Below, in pieces: positions 9,556 through 18,053 of a stretch of DNA of 64,000 nt. Source of the DNA: Nanobdellota archaeon (lineage in GTDB: Archaea; Nanobdellota; Nanobdellia; Pacearchaeales; GW2011-AR1); the NCBI GenBank assembly GCA_030641715.1, contig DAOWGX010000015.1, forward strand, positions 560 to 64,559, written 5' to 3'. Each line of letters starts with the position of its first letter. Position 1 is the stretch's first letter. The notes under the pieces are model-generated. The model had not been told where the DNA came from. It searched no databases and was given only the letters and a program-made list of their open reading frames with translations. A program made the position numbers and the translations under genes.

Positions 9556-9815
9556 TTTTTAACTTCTTCTAAAAAATCTTGAGAACTAGTTTTCTTGAAC
9601 CTACCTTTTTCTATTTCTTCCCACGACTTTTTGATTTCAAAAAATGTTTCTAAATCGTCTTGCTCCATAGGGTTTTCAATTTTTTTCAAGACAATAAGAT
9701 TTTCTTTTTGTAAAACTGTCAAAAATTCCCCGTCTACAAATCCCATTCTTTCCCTAATATTTCGAGGAATTACAATCTGACCTTTTGAACTTAGATGCGT
9801 CATTCCAATTTCCAT
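9549..9815 (-). CDS. AbrB/SpoVT (MazE-like) antitoxin.
   Basis: An 88-aa product with the N-terminal swapped-hairpin motif LSSKGQIVIPRNIRERMG, followed by an acidic C-terminus. It lies 5' of the toxin. Confidence 0.7.
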   Translation of the reverse strand: MEIGMTHLSSKGQIVIPRNIRERMGFVDGEFLTVLQKENLIVLKKIENPMEQDDLETFFEIKKSWEEIEKGRFKKTSSQDFLEEVKKW

Positions 9816-9972
9816 AACTATGTAAGAATTTCTTACTTTATAAATTATTCGATTCCTAAAACGCCCACACCCTACTCAAAAATCACTCTAAAATTTTGTC
9901 AATCTTGTTTTTAATTTTTCAGACAAAATTCGAGCAATTTCTTCGGACATCGAACGTTCGATTCTAAATAAA

Positions 9973-10053
9973 CGCCCACACCAGGAATCGAACCTGGATG
10001 CCCCAAAAGGCCTGGTTTTCAAGACCAGTGCAATACCATTATGCGATGTGGGC
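9973..10053 (-). tRNA. tRNA-Ser (anticodon UGA), type II with a long variable arm.
   Basis: Hand-folded: acceptor GCCCACA/TGTGGGC, a 3-bp D-stem, anticodon stem CTGGT/ACCAG with loop CTTGAAA, a 14-nt variable arm, T-arm CCAGG-TTCGATT-CCTGG and discriminator G. CCA is not encoded. Confidence 0.8.
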
Positions 10054-10075
10054 TTTGCCTGTATATTCAGACCTA

Positions 10076-10156
10076 CGCCTGTACCCCGAATCGAACGGGG
10101 ATGCCCCGAAGAGCCCGGTGTTCGAGACCGGTGCGATACCATTACGCGATACAGGC
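10076..10156 (-). tRNA. tRNA-Ser (anticodon CGA), type II.
   Basis: Hand-folded: acceptor GCCTGTA/TACAGGC, anticodon stem CCGGT/ACCGG with loop CTCGAAC, a long variable arm, T-arm CCCCG-TTCGATT-CGGGG and discriminator G. Confidence 0.8.
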
Positions 10157-10174
10157 CTAATCTGAAAAGAGAGA

Positions 10175-10195
10175 TTTAGTTTTTAAGGCTGTTGG
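10175..10195 (-). promoter_or_regulatory. Candidate archaeal BRE/TATA promoter for the tRNA-Ser pair.
   Basis: On the minus strand the sequence AGCCTTAAAAACT lies about 25-33 nt upstream of the first tRNA 5' end. Confidence 0.3.
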
Positions 10196-10803
10196 AAAAA
10201 GATATAAACTGCTTCCCCCTTTCATTTTCCATGGAAAGAAAAATTGACGACAGAACGATACTAGACAAATTCGTCGAAGAATTTTGCAGTATCGTAGAGA
10301 AACACGTTAAATACATTATCTGTTCCGGATTCGTTGCAATTGCCCACGGAAGAACTCGAGGAACCGAAGATATCGACATGATAATAGAGAAACTCACTGA
10401 AGAGAGATTCATCAAACTTCACAAAGATTTAGAAGATGCAGGATTTGAGTGTATTCAATCAGACGATCCTAGCAAAATCTTTAAGGATTATTTATCCTAC
10501 GGAACAAGTGTTCGATATGTCTGGAAAAGCGAGGGGCACTTCCCTCCTGAAATGGAAATCAAATTCGCAAAAGATGTATTAGATGAAGAACAAATTGCAC
10601 ATAGGACAAAATTTCCGTTAACGGGATTAGATATCTATTTCTCCTCGATTGAAGGAAACATTGCGTTCAAGGAAGAACTTCTGACCGCAGAAAAAGATAT
10701 AGAAGACGCAAAACATTTGAGAATAATTTATTCAGAGGATATAAGCGAGGACAAAATAAATTTAATAAAAGATAAAATTAGGAGATTTAGAAAAAATGAA
10801 TAG
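10192..10803 (+). CDS. Nucleotidyltransferase (pol-beta superfamily) domain protein.
   Basis: GFVAIAHGRTRGTEDIDMII matches the GS...[DE]x[DE] NTase motif. The likely true start is the internal Met (MERKIDD). Confidence 0.5.
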   Translation: MEKDINCFPLSFSMERKIDDRTILDKFVEEFCSIVEKHVKYIICSGFVAIAHGRTRGTEDIDMIIEKLTEERFIKLHKDLEDAGFECIQSDDPSKIFKDYLSYGTSVRYVWKSEGHFPPEMEIKFAKDVLDEEQIAHRTKFPLTGLDIYFSSIEGNIAFKEELLTAEKDIEDAKHLRIIYSEDISEDKINLIKDKIRRFRKNE

Positions 10804-11008
10804 ATGCGAAACTCATGGCGAACAGATTGAACGTTGGGCAAGATTCGTAAAGGAGAATCCTACAAAATGGAAATCAAAAATCAGACCGTTTCTCGACGGA
10901 CAGATTCTCATGTCGAGAAGATTCTACAAAAGATTGGCTGAGGCACCCAATGGATTGAGGAAAATTAAGGAATTAGGTTTGAGCAGATATGGGAATCCTG
11001 CTATTTGA
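10796..11008 (+). CDS. Small hypothetical protein, overlapping the upstream NTase gene by 8 nt.
   Basis: A 70-aa ORF, translationally coupled to the preceding gene. Confidence 0.3.
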   Translation: MNRCETHGEQIERWARFVKENPTKWKSKIRPFLDGQILMSRRFYKRLAEAPNGLRKIKELGLSRYGNPAI

Positions 11009-11047
11009 TGTAGATAGATTTTTAAATTTGATTAAGCAATTTGTTTT

Positions 11048-11608
11048 ATGAAAAACATTCTTAAAAATAAAATAGTAGCAATATTTATAATAGCTGTTTT
11101 ACTTATTGGTTTTACATTATTCATTATAAAAATGGTAGAAAATATTTCCCCTAAGAATGTGAAAGTTAAGTTGGAAACAAATGTAGGAGAGATTGTCATA
11201 GAGTTATATTCGGATATGCCGATCACTACAGGGAATTTTAAAAAATTGGTCGAGGAAGGATTTTACAACGGTGTGATTTTTCATAGAGTGATTAAGAATT
11301 TTATGATTCAGGGAGGCGATCCAAAGGGAACTGGGATGGGGGGTCCGGGATACACCATCGAAGATGAGTTTGGAACCGGACATTCGAATGTTCCAGGAAC
11401 AATTGCTATGGCAAATGCAGGACCAAATACAGGAGGAAGCCAATTCTTTATCAATGTTGCAGATAACTCATTTTTAGATGGAAAGCATCCAGTTTTTGGG
11501 GAAGTTATAGAAGGAATGGATATTGTTCAAGGCATTAGTGAAGCGGCGACGGGAGCTTTAGATAAACCTATTCAAGAGATTAAGATAACTAAAGCGAGTG
11601 TTATCTGA
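11048..11608 (+). CDS. ppiB: Cyclophilin-type peptidyl-prolyl isomerase with an N-terminal membrane anchor or signal peptide.
   Basis: FHRVIKNFMIQGGDPKGTGMGGPGY...GTIAMANAGPNTGGSQFFIN is a textbook cyclophilin core. A hydrophobic N-terminal segment precedes it. Confidence 0.9.
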   Translation: MKNILKNKIVAIFIIAVLLIGFTLFIIKMVENISPKNVKVKLETNVGEIVIELYSDMPITTGNFKKLVEEGFYNGVIFHRVIKNFMIQGGDPKGTGMGGPGYTIEDEFGTGHSNVPGTIAMANAGPNTGGSQFFINVADNSFLDGKHPVFGEVIEGMDIVQGISEAATGALDKPIQEIKITKASVI

Positions 11609-13079
11609 TTTTAATAGGTTTAATTTCTTTAAGGAACTTTAGAGCCTCTTTCATTTTTGTTCTGCTTTCAGTATAAAGTGTTAGAATCGGTTCGGCTTTT
11701 TTTATTTTTCCGACGTGCTTATGGAGATAAACTCCTGAAGAAATAGTTTCCGGAGTTCCGAGGATTCGACATAAAGAATTTATTCCTTCGTTGCTTATTT
11801 CGGTTATCTTCCCCTTTCGTTTTACCTTAATTATTTTTTTGCATTTTGCAAGTGTAAGAGAATTAATTCTTTTGTCAAAATCTTTTTCCCCGTTCTGAGC
11901 GTTGATAATTTCTTTAAATTTTTCATAAGCTTTTCCTGACGATAAAATTTCCTCAGCCTTTTTCCGTGCATTTTTTATTTTACAAAGCTTCATAAGTTCA
12001 GCGGAGAGAAATAAGGATTTTTCTTTTAAATCCCTTGGCAAGTTCGGAGAATTTTGCAATACTGATAAAACATCTAACATTTCCAAAGTCGGTCCGAACC
12101 CATTTCCAATTGGCTCTGAACCTTTTGTGCAAACCACCTTGAGATTTAATTTAAAACTCTTTGAAATTTCTTTAAACTTAACTCCAAGCTTTTTTGCCTT
12201 TTCAAGCGTTTCAATTTTTGCACCTTTTCCATAAGGGATATCAATAATAATATATTTTGAGCCAGCCGCTACTTTCTTTGAAATTATCGACGCAATGAGT
12301 TGGGGTTCGATGTCAAGGTTGAGTAATCGTTCCACTCGAATGATTTTATCGTCGGAAGGTGCAAGCCCCAATGAACCTCCCCAAGCTAAACATGCTCCCG
12401 TTTTTTTAACAGTGGATTTTAAGTTCTCAATAGAAAGTTCAACTTTTGCAAGCGTTTCTATTACATCTGCAGTCCCCGAGGCTGAAGTTATTGCTCGCGA
12501 AGAAGTTTTTGGAATAACCAATCCTGCAGCCGCACAAATAGCTACAACTATCGGAGTAGTTCGGTTTCCCGCGATTCCCCCTATACAATGTTTATCCGCA
12601 ATATACTTTCCCTCAAACTTTAATTTAGCCCCTGTTTTTACCATCGCCTTTGTTAAATTAACAATCTCCCCCCCAGACATTCCGTTGAGCTTTTCCGCAG
12701 CAGTAAAATATGCAATTTCAGCCTCGGTTAAATTATTATGAACTATTTCAGAAATGAGATAATAAATTTCTTTTTTAGTTAATTGCTTACCTTGCATTTT
12801 TTTCTTTATTAAAAAAGTTGCGTCAGAAAGCTCAGAAGTGCTAACCTTGACACAGGATTTATTTTTTAATTTAAGAACACCGCTTAGTTCTTTCGATAAA
12901 CCTATTTGATTTCTTCCGACAACTTTTGGAAAAATATCCACTATAGCGTAAACTTTTTTAGAATTTGTAATGGCAACCCTATCATTGGCAAAAACATTCA
13001 TCTTTTTTGCAGTTTTATCATTAAGTATTGCTACTGGTCTACCGGCTAGCCAATTAAGATTTTTAATTTTTAATTTCAT
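11601..13079 (-). CDS. AMP phosphorylase / thymidine phosphorylase family (archaeal AMPpase-like, 492 aa).
   Basis: The pyrimidine-nucleoside phosphorylase family core GGIAGNRTTPIVVAICAAAGLVIPKTSSRAITSASGTADVIE is present, with an N-terminal extension typical of archaeal AMP phosphorylase. Confidence 0.75.
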   Translation of the reverse strand: MKLKIKNLNWLAGRPVAILNDKTAKKMNVFANDRVAITNSKKVYAIVDIFPKVVGRNQIGLSKELSGVLKLKNKSCVKVSTSELSDATFLIKKKMQGKQLTKKEIYYLISEIVHNNLTEAEIAYFTAAEKLNGMSGGEIVNLTKAMVKTGAKLKFEGKYIADKHCIGGIAGNRTTPIVVAICAAAGLVIPKTSSRAITSASGTADVIETLAKVELSIENLKSTVKKTGACLAWGGSLGLAPSDDKIIRVERLLNLDIEPQLIASIISKKVAAGSKYIIIDIPYGKGAKIETLEKAKKLGVKFKEISKSFKLNLKVVCTKGSEPIGNGFGPTLEMLDVLSVLQNSPNLPRDLKEKSLFLSAELMKLCKIKNARKKAEEILSSGKAYEKFKEIINAQNGEKDFDKRINSLTLAKCKKIIKVKRKGKITEISNEGINSLCRILGTPETISSGVYLHKHVGKIKKAEPILTLYTESRTKMKEALKFLKEIKPIKIR

Positions 13080-13087
13080 TCAAGACT

Positions 13088-14104
13088 TTATTTATTAAAC
13101 AATTCGTTTAGTTTACCTTGTTTATAAAATTCGATGATGATTAAAACATAAGCAAGGATAAGTGGACCGAGAATTAATCCTGCGATTCCGAAGAAATAAA
13201 GCCCTCCGATGGTTCCGATGATACTTAACACAATGGGGAGACTTGATTTTCTTGAAAGAAGATAAGGTCTGAGGATATTATCAATAATTGATACAAAGAA
13301 AAAACCATAGAGCAGTATAAAAGCTCCTGAGAAAGTCTGACCTGTTGTAATTAAGACAACTCCGACTGGAAACCAAACTAACCAGGAACCAAGAACGGGA
13401 ATTACTGAAACTATACAAGCAAGAAAAGTAAAAACTAATGCCTTTGGAACACCAAGGAAAAAAAGACATATTCCGACTGCAAGACCTTGGATTATTCCTA
13501 TTAAAACTTGACCAAAAATAATCGCATTTGTGATTCCCCGAAACTCTTCCATAAATTTTTTCCCAGTAGATTTAGAGAATGGTGAAAGATGAGATAAGTA
13601 TTTTTTTAAGTGATCTAAATCTCTGATTGTAAAGTAGAATACAAAAAGGAAAACTGAAAATTGAAGTAAGAAGGAAGGAAGATTAACCAAGAAGATTGTG
13701 AATTGGTTTAGTATTGTAGAGAAAAATTTTCCGATGATGTTATCGAGGTTCATTGCAATAGAGGTCGCAATATCTCCTTGGACGAATTCTTGGAGTAAAA
13801 TATTAAAATTAAAATTTTGCAGAAGAACATAGGTATCAAATATCTGTTTGACTAATGAAGGGATTATATAAATCAGAGGGATGACGAGTATTGCGGTTAG
13901 CCCCATTATAACCACGAAGGCGGAGAGATTTCTCCATTTAAGATATTTGAGGATTTTTTTATAGACCGGACTAAAGAGATACCCAAAAAGTAATCCAAAA
14001 AGGATGGGAATAACGATAGGCCTTAGAACAAGAAAAGCTATAACAAAAATTCCTAGAATGAGTAAACCTGCTATACCCTGTTTCATAACTTTACTATCTG
14101 CCAT
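13088..14104 (-). CDS. AI-2E/PerM family (UPF0118) transporter-like membrane protein.
   Basis: A 338-aa polytopic protein with the typical architecture. Assignment is from overall resemblance. Confidence 0.55.
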   Translation of the reverse strand: MADSKVMKQGIAGLLILGIFVIAFLVLRPIVIPILFGLLFGYLFSPVYKKILKYLKWRNLSAFVVIMGLTAILVIPLIYIIPSLVKQIFDTYVLLQNFNFNILLQEFVQGDIATSIAMNLDNIIGKFFSTILNQFTIFLVNLPSFLLQFSVFLFVFYFTIRDLDHLKKYLSHLSPFSKSTGKKFMEEFRGITNAIIFGQVLIGIIQGLAVGICLFFLGVPKALVFTFLACIVSVIPVLGSWLVWFPVGVVLITTGQTFSGAFILLYGFFFVSIIDNILRPYLLSRKSSLPIVLSIIGTIGGLYFFGIAGLILGPLILAYVLIIIEFYKQGKLNELFNK

Positions 14105-14222
14105 GATATTATAGTAATTAAGATTTTATAAACGTTGGGAAATTCTTTAAAAATTTCAACGACAACAAAAAATATTTCAAATCTCACAGAAGTTTTATAA
14201 AGGAGTTTTATGTTTTCAAAGA

Positions 14223-14924
14223 ATGACAATGAAGAAAATTTTTGAGGGTGTTTTTGATGAAGAAGTTCACACGAATTTTTTAAAGTTTGGTCGAGGAGAG
14301 CATAAGAATAAGTATTTGATTGAAGGAAAGAAGCAATCGAAGAAATGGGCAATTAAGGCTGGTGCGGAGTATACGAATTTTTTGGTGAAAAGATGTTTAG
14401 AAAAAATTAACGGACTCGTTAATGTTAAAGGAGTTCTCGTCTCGACCTCAGATCTAAGAGATGAAATAAATTTCGAGATAAAAAAAGTCAGTAATTTTCA
14501 AGGTGTTCGAAGACATATAGTCGATACTGAAGTTGAAGCATCGCAGATTTTGGATTTGATGGCTAAGTATCCCCGAGTTTTCTTTGCGTTGAGTTTTAAA
14601 GGAGATGATTTTGTTTTGAAGATTAAGCCGAAAGGACCTAAGAGCGAGAAGAAGGGAAAAGAGGGTGAAGGACTTGTTATAGATTTTTGTTCCTTAAAAA
14701 CAGAGGATAAGACGATTATTAATGAGTTGTTTTTTGAGGTTGGTGATTTTCAGGAAGTTTTTATTAACCACACGATTAATGTTACGGATATCATCTATCC
14801 AGGGAATGTAGAAAATTTAAAACCTACTGAAATTAGGGAATTAGCGAAGAGGAAAGGTATTGTTATCCGTAAAGTTAATGCTGACGGGATTGAAAAAACA
14901 AGTGAAGCTGAATTCGTGATTTAG
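14223..14924 (+). CDS. Hypothetical protein.
   Basis: A 233-aa ORF with no recognised motif. Confidence 0.35.
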   Translation: MTMKKIFEGVFDEEVHTNFLKFGRGEHKNKYLIEGKKQSKKWAIKAGAEYTNFLVKRCLEKINGLVNVKGVLVSTSDLRDEINFEIKKVSNFQGVRRHIVDTEVEASQILDLMAKYPRVFFALSFKGDDFVLKIKPKGPKSEKKGKEGEGLVIDFCSLKTEDKTIINELFFEVGDFQEVFINHTINVTDIIYPGNVENLKPTEIRELAKRKGIVIRKVNADGIEKTSEAEFVI

Positions 14925-14959
14925 AAAAGATTTAAATACAAGAGCTTATTTACCTACTT

Positions 14960-15331
14960 ATGAGAATTGATTGGGTTGCCGTCGGAGGAATTATTATTGT
15001 TGCTCTTCTTTTAGGTGCCGTCCTTTGGGCGGTTCCTAATTATAAAGTTTATGCACGTGAGCTAAATGGTAAGGCTCAATTAAAGGAAGCTGAATGGAAT
15101 CGACAAATTGCGGTTCAGGAGGCAGAGGCGTTGAAAGAGTCGGCGAAATTAAAAGCGGAAGCCGAAGTTATCAGAGCAAAGGGTATTGCTGAAGCTAACG
15201 AAATTATTTCTAAAAGTTTAACCAAAGAATATATTCAGTATAAGTTTGTTGAGGGATTGAACGATGGAAATACTGAAGTGATATACGTACCAACAGAAGC
15301 TAATCTACCAATTTTAGAAGCACGTGGTTGA
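14960..15331 (+). CDS. Membrane-anchored protein resembling only the C-terminal coiled-coil tail of SPFH/band-7 proteins.
   Basis: An N-terminal TM helix followed by an Ala/Glu-rich helix (AEAEVIRAKGIAEANEIISK) and a band-7-like terminus (NTEVIYVPTEANLPIL). Confidence 0.35.
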   Translation: MRIDWVAVGGIIIVALLLGAVLWAVPNYKVYARELNGKAQLKEAEWNRQIAVQEAEALKESAKLKAEAEVIRAKGIAEANEIISKSLTKEYIQYKFVEGLNDGNTEVIYVPTEANLPILEARG

Positions 15332-15333
15332 GT

Positions 15334-15582
15334 TCAAATTTTGAACCAATCCAACTTATCCCATTTATCCAACTTCTTAATTTGACATTCAGCCTTCTGC
15401 GCATCAGACCTACTAACACATTCTCGAACCCGTAAAAGTTTTTTGAATCCCTTAAGACGGACATATTTACTCCCTTTCCCTTCGGCGTGAATTTTCATTC
15501 GTTTATCGATATCATTCGTAACGCCAGTATAGAAAGAACTGTCTTGACATTCCAGAAGATAAACGAACCAAGATTTTTTCAT
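15334..15582 (-). CDS. GIY-YIG nuclease family protein (UPF0213-like).
   Basis: VYLLECQDSSFYTGVTNDIDKRMKIHAEGKGSKY is the canonical GIY-YIG module. Confidence 0.8.
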   Translation of the reverse strand: MKKSWFVYLLECQDSSFYTGVTNDIDKRMKIHAEGKGSKYVRLKGFKKLLRVRECVSRSDAQKAECQIKKLDKWDKLDWFKI

Positions 15583-16244
15583 TGGTTATCCAACCCTTTG
15601 TTTTTGGCACAAGCCGAACAAATCAGGGCAGTATCTTTAAGAGACATATAATATCTATTTCCTTCTTCTAGAATTTCATTGAACTTGCCCCACCCATCCT
15701 CAATTGTCAGTTTTCCTGAAACAACTTTTTCAGGAACCATCGACGCTCTTTCTAAAATGTCCATCCTCTTTCGAAACATATTATAATGGTAGAGGTTTAG
15801 CTTTGCTGTCTTTGAGATTTTTTTGCCGCAAAGTTTGCAATTATCTTGGGTTATAAGAAGTTCCTGTTCCCGAATCGCCCACTGAAGCTGAAAGTCTGCG
15901 TCCTGAATAAGATGCTTATAATTTCCTATACCTCCAAGCCGTCGAAACGTCAAGGTAATTTCCTCATCAGAACTATCCTTATCCTTCACAACAATCTCCC
16001 CAATCTTTTTACTATATCTCCAAATTGGATACTTCTTTCCTTCTCTAGGCGTCGTTGAAGGTTTGCCGATTCGATAACCCCGTGCCCCCGTCCTGATTTT
16101 TCCAATAGTCATCTCCTTCTTTCGAACAGCTTTCCTTACTTTTTTCTCAGTCGCCCTTTTCTCTACCGTTTTCTCTTTCTTGGAAATATATCCTTCTTCA
16201 CCTGGGAGGAAACTCGGGGTTTTTATAGCCATAGGGTGATACAA
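15579..16244 (-). CDS. Lys-rich protein with a C-terminal CxxC...CxxC zinc ribbon (possible HNH-like).
   Basis: CKLCGKK ... LNLYHYN ... CSACAKN. It overlaps the downstream GIY-YIG gene by 4 nt. Confidence 0.35.
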   Translation of the reverse strand: MYHPMAIKTPSFLPGEEGYISKKEKTVEKRATEKKVRKAVRKKEMTIGKIRTGARGYRIGKPSTTPREGKKYPIWRYSKKIGEIVVKDKDSSDEEITLTFRRLGGIGNYKHLIQDADFQLQWAIREQELLITQDNCKLCGKKISKTAKLNLYHYNMFRKRMDILERASMVPEKVVSGKLTIEDGWGKFNEILEEGNRYYMSLKDTALICSACAKNKGLDNQ

Positions 16245-16307
16245 CGAAAATTAGTTTATTAAAGTTATTGTAGAAAAGATTTTATAGGTTGAAATATTGA
16301 ATATATT

Positions 16308-16685
16308 ATGACAGAAAAAAGAACATGGAAAAAAGAAAGTGCAAGAGACCTAATCTCGTTAGGAAGCATCCCGTTTTTCCTCTTAGTCCTCGCGAGAGTT
16401 TACTTACTCAACATCCCAGAATATTTTAATCAGTTTATTTTTTCAGGAGCAGTATTTCTAATATTATTTTTTATTTTTAAGCTGAATCTATATTCAGGAA
16501 TAGGATTAATCGTATTAGTTTTCACTTCATTGTTTTATTCCGAGATGATATTTACTATATTCGGATCAATAGCTTATATTTTGGTCCTCGCTTCTCTTTT
16601 CTACTTGAAGTATGACACGAAAAAAGTCTTCTTAGGAATCTTAGCAGGGATTGTTGGAGTTGCCGCGGGATATTTCCTGGCATAA
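16308..16685 (+). CDS. Small polytopic membrane protein, hypothetical.
   Basis: A 125-aa ORF with four hydrophobic segments. Confidence 0.4.
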   Translation: MTEKRTWKKESARDLISLGSIPFFLLVLARVYLLNIPEYFNQFIFSGAVFLILFFIFKLNLYSGIGLIVLVFTSLFYSEMIFTIFGSIAYILVLASLFYLKYDTKKVFLGILAGIVGVAAGYFLA

Positions 16686-16829
16686 CCTTTAAATACCTCA
16701 ATTTCCCAGTAATTTTAGTTCCATCCAAAACTTAAATGTTTGGATGATGAGAATTTTGTGATTGGTTGGTCACGATAAACGGCAAGTGCTATTGTTGGAT
16801 ATCAGATAGTTAGACTATCAGGAAATACT

Positions 16830-17774
16830 ATGACAGATAACAACGGAATACGAAGCGGAAGTTTGCAGTTTTACCCGAGAGTTCGGGCGAAGAAAGTTAT
16901 ACCCAGTGTGAACTGGAAACCGGTTTCAAAAGAAGGCGTCGGACTCATGGGATTCATAGGATATAAAGTCGGAATGATTTCTATCTGGGCAAAAGATAAC
17001 ACCGAAAATTCTTTAACAAAGAACAAAGGAATTGCTATTCCAGCGACGATTGTCGAATGTCCTATAATGAAAATTTATTCGGTTAGGTTCTATAAAAATG
17101 GAAAGGTAATGAGAGATGTGGTAGTTTCGAACGATAAAGATTTGAAAAAAAGCGTGAAGATTTCTAAAAAATTAGGAGATTTGGAAAACATCGACGGCTA
17201 TGAAGATGTAAGAGTTATTTTATATTCTAACGTAAAAAAAACAGTTGTTGATAAAAATAAAACTGACCTAATCGAAGTCGGTGTTTCCGGTTCTGTCGAG
17301 GAGAAATTGAATTTTATTAAAGAGAAAATCGGAAAAGAAATTTCTGTAAATGAAGTTTTTAACGAAGGGCTAGTAGATATTAGGGCAGTCACGAAAGGTT
17401 ACGGAACTCAAGGACCTATGAAAAGATTCGGCATCGCTCTGAAATCTCATAAGTCTGAAAAAGGAAGAAGACGACCGGGTTCTTTAGCACCCTGGCATCC
17501 CTGTAGAGTTACCTTTAGGGCACCTCAAGCGGGGCAGACAGGATACCATAGTAGGATAGTCTACAATAAGTTAATTTTAGAAACTGGCAAAATTTCCGAG
17601 AAAGATATAAATCAAAAAAGCGGGTTTAAACATTATGGAGTTGTTAAAACAGATTATATGATTTTGAAAGGTTCTATTCCTGGTCCAAAGAAAAGAGGAA
17701 TTATGATAACCACTGCTATTCGGCCAACCAAATATCAAGTTAAGAAAAAGTTCGAGGTGCTTGAATTAAGATGA
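16830..17774 (+). CDS. rpl3: 50S ribosomal protein L3.
   Basis: GTQGPMKRFG ... FKHYGVVKTDYMILKGSIPGPKKRGIM is L3. It is the first gene of the S10-spc-like cluster. Confidence 0.9.
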   Translation: MTDNNGIRSGSLQFYPRVRAKKVIPSVNWKPVSKEGVGLMGFIGYKVGMISIWAKDNTENSLTKNKGIAIPATIVECPIMKIYSVRFYKNGKVMRDVVVSNDKDLKKSVKISKKLGDLENIDGYEDVRVILYSNVKKTVVDKNKTDLIEVGVSGSVEEKLNFIKEKIGKEISVNEVFNEGLVDIRAVTKGYGTQGPMKRFGIALKSHKSEKGRRRPGSLAPWHPCRVTFRAPQAGQTGYHSRIVYNKLILETGKISEKDINQKSGFKHYGVVKTDYMILKGSIPGPKKRGIMITTAIRPTKYQVKKKFEVLELR

Positions 17775-18052
17775 GAGATGAAATTTATTGTGAACATAAA
17801 AGGAAGTGTAAAAATATTGATTGTGATGGGAAAATAAAATATTATGATTCAGTAAAAGAATATTGTGCGGGATTTAAATCTGTGGCAACTAACGAATCTT
17901 GGAGGCCGGAGACAAGGAAGCGTCTTGGCATGAAGCCAGGGACATGTAAAGAATCTTGGGTTAGATGCAATATTACAGAAAATCTAACATTACATCGAAG
18001 ACAAGTTAATCTTCTTGAAAAAATAGCAGATAAAATAGAGATTAAAAAATAA
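17771..18052 (+). CDS. Cys-rich small protein (93 aa) inserted between L3 and L4.
   Basis: Translationally coupled to L3 (ATGA overlap). It has six Cys (C7, C13, C18, C32, C59, C66) and is not a canonical r-protein. Confidence 0.4.
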   Translation: MRDEIYCEHKRKCKNIDCDGKIKYYDSVKEYCAGFKSVATNESWRPETRKRLGMKPGTCKESWVRCNITENLTLHRRQVNLLEKIADKIEIKK

Positions 18053-18053
18053 A

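Noticed and set aside
12295-12741. A 148-aa plus-strand ORF.
   Set aside because: It lies fully inside and antisense to the AMP phosphorylase gene.
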